A stretch of DNA of 64,000 nucleotides from a virus. The DNA lies in the IMG/VR virus record IMGVR_UViG_3300021142_000013, positions 38,075 to 102,074 of that record; one strand, written 5' to 3'. Under the pieces are notes generated by a model. The model saw only the letters and a program-made list of their open reading frames with translations, was not told the origin of the DNA and made no database searches. The position numbers and the translations under genes are program-made. The first letter of the stretch is position 1; every line of letters starts with the position of its first letter. Of this stretch, positions 36,343 to 44,615 are shown piece by piece.

Positions 36343-37325
36343 TGTCTCATTTTTTCTTTTATCTGTTGTTCTATTTCCAATCTTAATTCGTCATTATCCT
36401 TTAAAATCTGAGTTAACACATCCACTCCCTGTACTTTTATGTCTTTATAAGTACACCATCCTGCACCTGCTTTGTGAATTATATCTAATTCTATAGCCAT
36501 ATTCACAAAATCTTTCATTTTATCTATTCCTTGACCATAGATACACTCTACTTCTGTTGTTAAAAATGGAGTTGCTAATTTATTTTTAACACATTTTACT
36601 TTAATTGTTACTCCTTTTACTTCAGTTCCTTCTTTAATTTGCGATTTTGATAATTCAAAACGTAAAGAAGCATAAAATCTCAACGCATTTCCTGCAGGAG
36701 TTGTTTTCATAGGAACATATCCTCCAAGAGCTTCACGTAACTGATTTAACATAACTAGTGTTGTTCCTGTTTTTCCTATTTTAGCAGTTACTTTTCTAAA
36801 AAATTGACCCATTAAACGAGCCATAACACCCATATTAGAGGCTCCAAAAACATTTTGAAGTTCCGCGTTTGGTGATAAAGCAGCAATACTATCTAATATA
36901 ATTAAATCTATTTTTTTTGTTTCTACTAATTTATCAATTATTCCTAATGCTTCTTCGGCTGAAGCGGGATGTATCAATATAAGTTTTTCATTATCTACAC
37001 CAATTGTTTCAGCATATTCAGGATAATAACTATATTCAGCATCAATAAATGCACAAGTTAACCCTTGAGATTGTGCTTGTTTAACTAATTCTAACGTGAA
37101 AGTTGTTTTAAAAGTACCATCCATTCCATGAATTTCTGTAACACGTCCTCTTGGTACTCCTCCTATTCCTGTAATAGCATCTACTGATAGTATTCCAAAA
37201 GGAATCACTTCTAAATTTCCTATTTCTTCAGATGCATATGTTATAACTCCTTCACCAAATTCTTTAGATATTTCATTCAATGAATCTTGTAAACTTTCTT
37301 CTTTTACTACTTTTTCTTTAGCCAT
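36339..37325 (-). CDS. recA: RecA recombinase
   Basis: GIGGVPRGRVTEI.G..G.FKTT, FIDAE, IILDSIAAL, ARLM, NQLR, GNALRFYAS.R, KNK. Start placed at MAKEK (37325) because the promoter overlaps the longer ORF start. Confidence 0.95.
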   Translation of the reverse strand: MAKEKVVKEESLQDSLNEISKEFGEGVITYASEEIGNLEVIPFGILSVDAITGIGGVPRGRVTEIHGMDGTFKTTFTLELVKQAQSQGLTCAFIDAEYSYYPEYAETIGVDNEKLILIHPASAEEALGIIDKLVETKKIDLIILDSIAALSPNAELQNVFGASNMGVMARLMGQFFRKVTAKIGKTGTTLVMLNQLREALGGYVPMKTTPAGNALRFYASLRFELSKSQIKEGTEVKGVTIKVKCVKNKLATPFLTTEVECIYGQGIDKMKDFVNMAIELDIIHKAGAGWCTYKDIKVQGVDVLTQILKDNDELRLEIEQQIKEKMRQ

Positions 37326-37342
37326 TAATGATTTATTTGGTA

Positions 37343-37374
37343 CAAAATTACAATAAAAAAGGGAGAATAACAAA
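37343..37374 (-). promoter_or_regulatory. Bacteroidetes sigmaA-type promoter for recA
   Basis: Minus strand TTTG, 20 nt, TAATTTTG. Confidence 0.7.
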
Positions 37375-37387
37375 TATTTCTCCCTTT
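37355..37387 (-). terminator. Intrinsic terminator after the MazG gene
   Basis: AAAGGGAGAA / TTCTCCCTTT stem with a T run on the minus strand; overlaps the recA promoter. Confidence 0.7.
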
Positions 37388-37408
37388 CATGTATAGTAAT
37401 AAACCATA

Positions 37409-37741
37409 TTAACGGTTATCTCCTGATCCTTGTATTACTCCTCGTTTTTGTCTATCTTCTAATTTTGATAGATTGTTTATAGCAATTATCTCTAAATCAA
37501 TATCTATATCATTAGATAGTGCGGCCATATACCATAAAACATCTCCAATTTCATCAGAAATTTGTTTTCGACTTTCTTCATCAAAATTACCTTCTTTGTC
37601 TCGAAGAACCTTTTTGATTTTACCCAAAACTTCTCCTGCTTCGTTAGCTAATCCTAATGCGGGATATATAATTTTATTTCCTGTTCCGTAAATTGCTGTT
37701 TTTATTGCTTTTTTTTGATATTCTTTAAAATTCATATCCAT
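37409..37741 (-). CDS. MazG-like nucleotide pyrophosphohydrolase
   Basis: YPALGL..EAGEV..K.KK..RD, EIGDVLWY, N..KL.DR..RG...GSGDNR. Confidence 0.9.
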   Translation of the reverse strand: MDMNFKEYQKKAIKTAIYGTGNKIIYPALGLANEAGEVLGKIKKVLRDKEGNFDEESRKQISDEIGDVLWYMAALSNDIDIDLEIIAINNLSKLEDRQKRGVIQGSGDNR

Positions 37742-37744
37742 AAT

Positions 37745-40030
37745 TTAAATTCTTACAATTTCACATGAATTTCCACTACATGCCATAGCACCCATTTCAT
37801 CCATATTTTTATATTCTGGTTTATTTAATATTTTTGTAAAATCAACTTCTTTAAATTCTCTATTAACTAGATTCCATTTGTGTCTAAGATGAACATCTTT
37901 TAAACAATAAATCATAAAATTAATATCTCCTTTAAAGTAGTTTTTAGCAAATTTCTTTGCTCTTTTGATCCAATCTTTTTTTATAAATACATCTGTCCTA
38001 TGTCCATGTATTTCACGATCTCTATGTAATATACATTCACAAGCTTCCCAAAGATTATCTTTAAAAGCATGTAATCCATCAACAATTAAACCTGATGCAA
38101 ATAAAGAACCTTCACCATATTTAATATATATTTCTTCAAAAGATAGAACAGAAGTATTAGGTGCTTGATTATAGTCTTTATCTCCAAATACAGACATGAA
38201 ACTAACAGCACTAAAACTATCTTGATTATCAAAAATATAATTAGTTATATCATTATAATTATCTATTATAATTGTATTTGATACATTATGTGAAGTAGAA
38301 GGAACAATACAATTTTCCTCATTTTTACCTTCTTTTATCCAAGAATTCATTATAAGTTTAATCTTTTTAAGATGTTCTACTCCTTGTAGATCTGACTTAT
38401 AAATAGTGCCTTTAGGATTTTCAATAGGAACATAAACAACATAATCTGTATTTCCCTCTGAATATACACTTTCTTCTATTAAATAAGGCATACTCTTTTG
38501 AATATATTTTGCTGTTTCAGTTTCCTTATTAAGTTGCATTACTCTAAAATAATTTTTAGAATGCTCAGGTGTAACTCCACTAGCACACATTAAAACAACA
38601 GGACCATTACCTCCTGGTTTTACAGTTGTTCCTCTCGCTGTTGAATTAATACCTAAAATATCTGCAACTTCTTTATTTGTATCTAATACTATTTTTGCTG
38701 CGTTTTTAAGAATTTCTTCATTGAATAACCATGGAGAATTAGTCCATCCTGCAATAGAAACACCTAAAAGAGCCTCTTTTTTAGTTATTATAATAGATTC
38801 CTCAAGACAATCTTCTAAATGATTGAAATTAGTATATCCTGCTTGTAAAGTTCCTGTTATAGCGGCGGCTCGACAAGCTTCGTAGAGGTCATTTGGATTT
38901 TTAAGAATAGCTCCATTTATTTCGTTTAAATTACAAGCTTGAACACCAGTAGTAACTCCTTCATCTAATATTGTAATATCAGATGACATTATTCTATTTA
39001 TAATATTTTTATTATCATAACCGAAACACAAAGGAGTGAATCCTATTTCAAAACAAGGATTATATATTTCAAATATATTATTTAGAAATACAAATCCGAT
39101 ATCAGAAGTTCCTTCATTTATTTTTAATAATTCTAAGAATTCTTCTTTAGTAAAACTTCCTTTAATAAGTCCGACTGAATTATTAGAACGTTCTCGTTGT
39201 CTATTTTCTTTTCTCCAATTACCTGATTTAGCAAAAATCATATCTTTATTTTCAGGAGATATTATAATTGAACAAGCACTTCTTCTAACACCTCCAGACA
39301 ACACCGCATCTGCTAAATGCATAAACACATCATATAATAGAATTGCTTTAAATTCTTTTGGAAAATCTTCTACATAAGAATTTAATAATTTCTCAATTTT
39401 TTCAAAAGCATTTCTGATTCCATCAGAACCTGGTGCTTTGAATCTTCTTCCTACTTTTGCTCCTTTTTCTCTTATTTGAGAGTAATCGAACTTAATTTCG
39501 TATCCTTGATATTCTTTAAATTTATCAGATACTCCTTCATATAAATATGAATTTATCAGAATATGTTCTGCTTCAGCCCACCCTTCAATACTATCTTTTA
39601 TAGTAAAACTTTTAATTCCTTTATTTCTTTTTACTACTGTAGGAATTCTTTCGATAAAAGGATTCATCATGTTAACGCCTACACCACAACCACACAATAA
39701 GAGATAAAAAGCATTTCCTAAAAAAGAAATCTTATCTGCATACATTGTGATACAATTATACATGCGAAATTCATGTTTAAATATATCGTTTCCTCTGAAT
39801 TGTAAATTTCTTTGAGAAGCTAGGAAAATCTTTTCTTTATACTTCTTTTTAGCAAAATTCACATAAGGTTCTAGTTTTTCAATTTTATCGGGATATTTGT
39901 AAGCATGAGTATCAAATACCTCGTCTACAGCTTCCTCCCATGTTTCATACCTATCTGCTAAATCGTTCCATCCTAAATAGTCAGAATATAATTTCAAATC
40001 TGACAAAAATTTCCGTCCTTTTTTATCCAT
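37745..40030 (-). CDS. nrdJ: Class II (AdoCbl-dependent, monomeric RTPR-type) ribonucleotide reductase
   Basis: RYETW, YNC, LLLCG.GVG, VLSGGVRRSA, R..SNNS, NPC.EI, CNL.EI, T.VKP.G, C-terminal CSGNSC; no nrdB adjacent. Confidence 0.85.
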   Translation of the reverse strand: MDKKGRKFLSDLKLYSDYLGWNDLADRYETWEEAVDEVFDTHAYKYPDKIEKLEPYVNFAKKKYKEKIFLASQRNLQFRGNDIFKHEFRMYNCITMYADKISFLGNAFYLLLCGCGVGVNMMNPFIERIPTVVKRNKGIKSFTIKDSIEGWAEAEHILINSYLYEGVSDKFKEYQGYEIKFDYSQIREKGAKVGRRFKAPGSDGIRNAFEKIEKLLNSYVEDFPKEFKAILLYDVFMHLADAVLSGGVRRSACSIIISPENKDMIFAKSGNWRKENRQRERSNNSVGLIKGSFTKEEFLELLKINEGTSDIGFVFLNNIFEIYNPCFEIGFTPLCFGYDNKNIINRIMSSDITILDEGVTTGVQACNLNEINGAILKNPNDLYEACRAAAITGTLQAGYTNFNHLEDCLEESIIITKKEALLGVSIAGWTNSPWLFNEEILKNAAKIVLDTNKEVADILGINSTARGTTVKPGGNGPVVLMCASGVTPEHSKNYFRVMQLNKETETAKYIQKSMPYLIEESVYSEGNTDYVVYVPIENPKGTIYKSDLQGVEHLKKIKLIMNSWIKEGKNEENCIVPSTSHNVSNTIIIDNYNDITNYIFDNQDSFSAVSFMSVFGDKDYNQAPNTSVLSFEEIYIKYGEGSLFASGLIVDGLHAFKDNLWEACECILHRDREIHGHRTDVFIKKDWIKRAKKFAKNYFKGDINFMIYCLKDVHLRHKWNLVNREFKEVDFTKILNKPEYKNMDEMGAMACSGNSCEIVRI

Positions 40031-40046
40031 TTATTTTTTATTTTTA

Positions 40047-40095
40047 CAAAAATAATAAATATTTTTGGTAATTACAAATTTTTTTTGTAGTTTTG
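40047..40095. promoter_or_regulatory. Overlapping divergent sigmaA-type promoters (RNR on -, 40112 ORF on +)
   Basis: Minus: TTTG(40078-75), 20 nt, TATTTTTG(40054-47). Plus: TTTG(40064-67), 20 nt, TAGTTTTG(40088-95). Confidence 0.75.
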
Positions 40096-40111
40096 TATAA
40101 AATATACAATT

Positions 40112-40381
40112 ATGCTACCTTTTAAACAAATCCCAATATGGGAAGATAATGCAAAAATAGAAGTAACAGGAAAACAATTAAAAGAAATCAAAGAATTTTG
40201 TGATTCTATTTCTAAATTCATTCCTATTATTGAAGATATTTTTGCAACAAATTTAAATTCAGGTTTAATTAAAGTTCATTATGAAGACCTTGAAGGAAAC
40301 GAGTTATCGCAAGAAGAAGTTGAAAAAATGTTTATCGAACTTTCTATTAAACATAGTACTCCTGAATTAAACGCAAATTAA
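40112..40381 (+). CDS. Small hypothetical protein against the operon direction, paralog of 30867..31124
   Basis: Own promoter and terminator; shared WE..A.I..TG motif. Confidence 0.75.
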   Translation: MLPFKQIPIWEDNAKIEVTGKQLKEIKEFCDSISKFIPIIEDIFATNLNSGLIKVHYEDLEGNELSQEEVEKMFIELSIKHSTPELNAN

Positions 40382-40400
40382 TTTATTTAAAATTAAAGTT

Positions 40401-40433
40401 AAGACTAGCTTTACGGAGCTAGTCTTTTTTTTT
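40401..40433 (+). terminator. Intrinsic terminator
   Basis: AAGACTAGCT-ttacgg-AGCTAGTCTT plus T run. Confidence 0.85.
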
Positions 40434-40647
40434 ATATATTTTCGTTATATGCCTTATATTTTACACGGTCATTATAAATAGTAATTAATTCCCTATATTC
40501 TTTTTTTAAAGAACGTGTTTTCTTTCGATCTTCACATTCTGCAATATCAATATAAAGGTCATCTATTTTTTCTTGTAAAATATCCAAAGGCATATCTACA
40601 GGATTTTCTTTTTCTAATTCAAACTCCATAAGCATTTCTTCAATCAT
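40432..40647 (-). CDS. Hypothetical protein
   Basis: 71-aa ORF. Confidence 0.6.
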   Translation of the reverse strand: MIEEMLMEFELEKENPVDMPLDILQEKIDDLYIDIAECEDRKKTRSLKKEYRELITIYNDRVKYKAYNENI

Positions 40648-41129
40648 AAAATGTTTCTTAATATATTAAGGAAATATTGTTTCTTTACTTTATATTCAAT
40701 TTCTACTTCTGGTTTTAAATACCATCCCTCTTCTTTAACCATTATATTTTGCCCATTGTCGTCCATAAACTGAGCATCTTGATGAACAAATAGATCGGGA
40801 TTAATTTCATGATCTATTTCTCCATATTTCTCCCGCATATAAGATTTTGTTAATGCGTCAATTGCTTCTCGAAGATCTAACCTTCTCAATTTAGGATCTT
40901 CAACATCTAAACTTTTTCGTAATTTGAATGGAAGTTCTTTTATTGATTCAATTTTAAAATAATGGTAATCAATTTCTCCACGTTTTATATACGAATCAGT
41001 TAATTCCTGACGAAAATCACTCCACGCTTTATTTTCAGCATCTCTATAAGGAGTATCTTTCAATAACATTGGAAGTGGATAAGTGAATTCTTTACAAAAT
41101 TTTACTATGATCCTTGTTCTATTACCCAT
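40644..41129 (-). CDS. Hypothetical protein
   Basis: 161-aa ORF, coupled. Confidence 0.65.
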   Translation of the reverse strand: MGNRTRIIVKFCKEFTYPLPMLLKDTPYRDAENKAWSDFRQELTDSYIKRGEIDYHYFKIESIKELPFKLRKSLDVEDPKLRRLDLREAIDALTKSYMREKYGEIDHEINPDLFVHQDAQFMDDNGQNIMVKEEGWYLKPEVEIEYKVKKQYFLNILRNIL

Positions 41130-41718
41130 TATTGTTCTTTTTAAATCTTAATATATTTCGTATATGTTTTTTATGACATTTGTTATATTCTTCTAAATGT
41201 GTGTCTATCGCAAAACAAGGTATGATAGTAGTTAGTTCTATTCGTGCATAGAAATCAGCTAATTCATTCATATTAACAATAACTTCTTCTTTTTTATTAA
41301 TAGATTCTTCTTCTTCGATTTTAGCAAGTACTTTCCTACCTTTACTATCGATCGTGACTTTCTTGTTTCTCTTTTGATCATTTGCTGGTACAAATTCCAC
41401 TTCCATTGGTGTAGGAACAACCTTTTCATATCTAAGTGCAAAATTTTCATCGATTCTGAAGCTTCTTGGAGTCTCCCTATTTATAAAATATATACTATTG
41501 TCAGGATTCCGTATAGCATGTAAATAATTAGGAGGTCTAATACCAGCTTCTAATTCGTTATAAAAACCGACCATCTCTTTAAATCGTTCTTCTTCTATAA
41601 GCATAGCACCTCTATCCAGAGGCTTGCATGGAACAGGTACTCTACCATCCATATAATAGTAGGTATGTTTTTTTTGTTTAGCTATTAATTCATCAAGACC
41701 ATTTCTTATGTCTGGCAT
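41122..41718 (-). CDS. Hypothetical protein
   Basis: 198-aa ORF, coupled. Confidence 0.65.
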   Translation of the reverse strand: MPDIRNGLDELIAKQKKHTYYYMDGRVPVPCKPLDRGAMLIEEERFKEMVGFYNELEAGIRPPNYLHAIRNPDNSIYFINRETPRSFRIDENFALRYEKVVPTPMEVEFVPANDQKRNKKVTIDSKGRKVLAKIEEEESINKKEEVIVNMNELADFYARIELTTIIPCFAIDTHLEEYNKCHKKHIRNILRFKKNNNG

Positions 41719-41719
41719 A

Positions 41720-41992
41720 TTAAATATTTTTTATTAAAAGATGTTTATAACCTTGCATTTGAGCAGTTGTTATGAATTGATTAAATTTTAAACTATTTTC
41801 ATTCATATTTCCTTCTACACGAGTGTTTATATTTATTATATAGTAATCGCAATCTTCAAATTTACCTTTCTTACCCATAGGATGCAATGTGTTATTTTCA
41901 GGATTACAAATCATTTCTAAAAGTTCTAAAGATAGACCTATTTGATTATTATCTATATATAATACTTTAACATCCTCCTTGGTATTTTCCAT
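41720..41992 (-). CDS. Hypothetical protein
   Basis: 90-aa ORF. Confidence 0.55.
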   Translation of the reverse strand: MENTKEDVKVLYIDNNQIGLSLELLEMICNPENNTLHPMGKKGKFEDCDYYIININTRVEGNMNENSLKFNQFITTAQMQGYKHLLIKNI

Positions 41993-42317
41993 CTTTAATG
42001 TAATTAATTATTTTTTGTGTTTTTTCATCTATACAAAATTCACCTAATTCTGCAATTTCTTCAGTAGATAATTCTTCAAAAATATTAAACATTATAACAC
42101 CTCCACGTAAAAGAACATCCATAAATTCTCTCATTATAAGAGTTTTATCAGGTTTATGTAAAATATCTTTAGTGTGATACTTTACCAAAACTTCTTGTAA
42201 TTCTGATAATTCCTCTAGGAGTTTTAATAAATTATATTCTTTTGTGTTATGTTGTGATAAATATTCAAGCAGTAAATCATTCTTTTCAAGTAGTTTTTCT
42301 TTAGTTATCTTGTTCAT
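41967..42317 (-). CDS. Second MazG-like (all-alpha NTP pyrophosphatase) protein
   Basis: KLLEELSELQEVL.K ... REFMDV (EExxE...ExxD); likely start MNKITK at 42317. Confidence 0.55.
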   Translation of the reverse strand: MNKITKEKLLEKNDLLLEYLSQHNTKEYNLLKLLEELSELQEVLVKYHTKDILHKPDKTLIMREFMDVLLRGGVIMFNIFEELSTEEIAELGEFCIDEKTQKIINYIKDGKYQGGC

Positions 42318-42999
42318 GTTCTTTTGTTTTGTATCTATAATATTCTTCATCTCTCCTAGGAGCATCCCATATTTCATCAACTTTATCTAAAATACTTCGT
42401 ATTTCTTTATAGCCTACTTCATCTAAAATAACTCCTTTGTTATCACAGGGAGTCAATTTCTTAGCAACCATGTTCTTTAAATTTGCAGATTTATACATAG
42501 CACCCCAAACAATAGATTCTGTTAGTTTACCATCTGATCCTTTTACATCTTTAGGAAATAATTTCTTATATATCTCGGAAAATTTAGAATATCTACCTGC
42601 TTTGAAATGATAATAATCTTCTTTCCATCTATCAGGAATCCTGAACACAAACATTATTAAATCAGCTTTATCTTCTTTGCCAACATTATAATCCAAGATT
42701 AAATGTTTTGCCAAAGGTTCTTTATAACGTATTACTTTAGTGAACTCAATCCATTCCCTTGAAAATACATCTGTTACTTTAAATAATACAAATAAAGGAC
42801 GTACCAAATCATGTTCATATTCTTTATCATCTAAATATGCATTTACAAAATATTTAGCGACAAGTCGTTCTCTAATATTTAACTCAATCATATTTAATAA
42901 GAAAAGGGAAGTTTTGTTATACTTTCCATTGAAACTAGATTCGTGTGGTTTCCATTTTTCTTGAATTATTTCATCTATGTCAATTTCATTTTTTGTCAT
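42301..42999 (-). CDS. Conserved crAss-like hypothetical protein
   Basis: NKTS.FL, FVNAYL.D, VF.IP..W..DY..F..G.YSKFS..YK..FP, E.W..P motifs. Confidence 0.65.
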   Translation of the reverse strand: MTKNEIDIDEIIQEKWKPHESSFNGKYNKTSLFLLNMIELNIRERLVAKYFVNAYLDDKEYEHDLVRPLFVLFKVTDVFSREWIEFTKVIRYKEPLAKHLILDYNVGKEDKADLIMFVFRIPDRWKEDYYHFKAGRYSKFSEIYKKLFPKDVKGSDGKLTESIVWGAMYKSANLKNMVAKKLTPCDNKGVILDEVGYKEIRSILDKVDEIWDAPRRDEEYYRYKTKEHEQDN

Positions 43000-44114
43000 C
43001 CGTTTAGTAAATTTACCATTAAAAATCCATTTTCATACATTTCTTTGGGTTTATCCCATTTATTATTAAAATAATGCCAAGCAATATCTTTCAATACACT
43101 TTTCCATCCTTTTTTGATTTTCATATTATGATCGTGCGTTTGAAATATACTGAATAAATATTCTCGATTTCCCTCAGAAGATAAAAGCAAATCATTCCAA
43201 TTATATTTGTATACATATGGAATTTTATCACTAATATCTATCACAATATTTATAGGAGGAATTACCTGATATCCACAATATTTTCCTTCACAATATATTG
43301 AAAGCCATTCTCTTAATAAATAATCATAAAAACTTAACTGATCGCAATAACCATATTGTTTAATACTTTTTATAAAATCATGTGCAGAATATGAACTTTT
43401 AAAATCAATTATCTGTACTGTTTTATTCTTATGATCAAATCTAACAATATCTAAAGCTCCCTTTAAAGGAATCTTCTTATCAACATCGTATTCAAAATCT
43501 ATGAATATTTCGTGTTGAAACAATAATAAATTATCTGCATTTTCAACAAAATAATCTTTTACTGTAGAATCTGTTCTGAGTATTTCACAAAGTTGTATTG
43601 CTTCCATATTCATTTGAGGAGAAATTATTTTTCTTCCTTGTGATTTACATAAGGAATTAAAATAATCTGTTCCTTGTTCTATCAATTTACTTATACGAGT
43701 TTCTGCTTTCCAGTTATTATTCCATCCTATTACATCTTCATTTTTATAATTATTTGCATAATATAATAATTTTTCATGTAAATCTTCTAAATTCTCTTTT
43801 ACAGGAATTTCTTCTGGTAGTTGTGAAGATAATTCCAACGCTTTTTGCATACTATCATAAACATTTTTTATAATAATCGCAACTGCTTTAGAAGGGAGTT
43901 TTTCTTCTCCAATGTAAAATCTATCATTTAATGTATCAGGAGAGAATAACATGGTATCTATCAAAGAACCCATTGTGAAATTATCTTCATTTTTATCTAA
44001 ATCTTGCTCTCCATCTATCCACAAAGCTTTCCACTTTTTTGGAGATTTTAACATAAATTGCTTTATTGCTGACTGACTGATCCCAAATCTACTTCTATAA
44101 TCATCTTTTTGCAT
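42996..44114 (-). CDS. PD-(D/E)xK exonuclease (RecE/Cas4-like)
   Basis: ISQSAIK, GSLID, LKGALD......IIDFKS, Y..Q..FY. Confidence 0.8.
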   Translation of the reverse strand: MQKDDYRSRFGISQSAIKQFMLKSPKKWKALWIDGEQDLDKNEDNFTMGSLIDTMLFSPDTLNDRFYIGEEKLPSKAVAIIIKNVYDSMQKALELSSQLPEEIPVKENLEDLHEKLLYYANNYKNEDVIGWNNNWKAETRISKLIEQGTDYFNSLCKSQGRKIISPQMNMEAIQLCEILRTDSTVKDYFVENADNLLLFQHEIFIDFEYDVDKKIPLKGALDIVRFDHKNKTVQIIDFKSSYSAHDFIKSIKQYGYCDQLSFYDYLLREWLSIYCEGKYCGYQVIPPINIVIDISDKIPYVYKYNWNDLLLSSEGNREYLFSIFQTHDHNMKIKKGWKSVLKDIAWHYFNNKWDKPKEMYENGFLMVNLLNG

Positions 44115-44123
44115 ATATCCTGT

Positions 44124-44525
44124 CTATTTTTCTAATTCTAAATCGCGCCTGAAGAATCTAGAGAGCACGTTATCATTGTATGTATCTTTATTTAACACGT
44201 CATACTTAAATTGATAATAAACTTCAAAATATGTAAGTCCTTTTCTGGTTTTACACTTTTTTAAAATTTTCATTGAAAAGTTTTCTTTACCATATTTTTC
44301 AATATCTTCTTTTAATCTTTTGGAAGAACCCCAATAATCTTTCCATCCACTATCTACATACTCTATTTTATATTTTGGTTTTCTACCTTTTTTCGTGATT
44401 GCGTCTAATTCTTTTTTAGTTAATTTCTTTTTTATTCTATGCAGATACGCTTTTTTACCTATATATATCTGTTTAGTTAACTTATTAGTTATTAGATATA
44501 TATATCCATAGTATTTTTGTTCCAT
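44124..44525 (-). CDS. Free-standing short GIY-YIG endonuclease
   Basis: YGYIYLITN......YIGKK, W.DYWGSS, YND motif. Confidence 0.8.
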   Translation of the reverse strand: MEQKYYGYIYLITNKLTKQIYIGKKAYLHRIKKKLTKKELDAITKKGRKPKYKIEYVDSGWKDYWGSSKRLKEDIEKYGKENFSMKILKKCKTRKGLTYFEVYYQFKYDVLNKDTYNDNVLSRFFRRDLELEK

Positions 44526-44530
44526 AAATG

Positions 44531-44576
44531 TAAAGGTAAGAAATATTTAGCATAATACCAAATATTCTTACCTTCA
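44531..44576 (-). promoter_or_regulatory. Promoter (TTTG-20-TACCTTTA) inside an imperfect inverted repeat
   Basis: AAGGTAAGAAATATTT ... AAATATTCTTACCTT palindrome between the amidoligase and GIY-YIG genes. Confidence 0.5.
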
Positions 44577-44615
44577 TTTATGAATTAACAACCAATCTAT
44601 AGTACTAAATCCAAA

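Noticed and set aside
37745-40030. Class I RNR alpha subunit
   Set aside because: No adjacent beta subunit or C-terminal YY pair was seen; the C-terminal CxxxxC fits monomeric class II.
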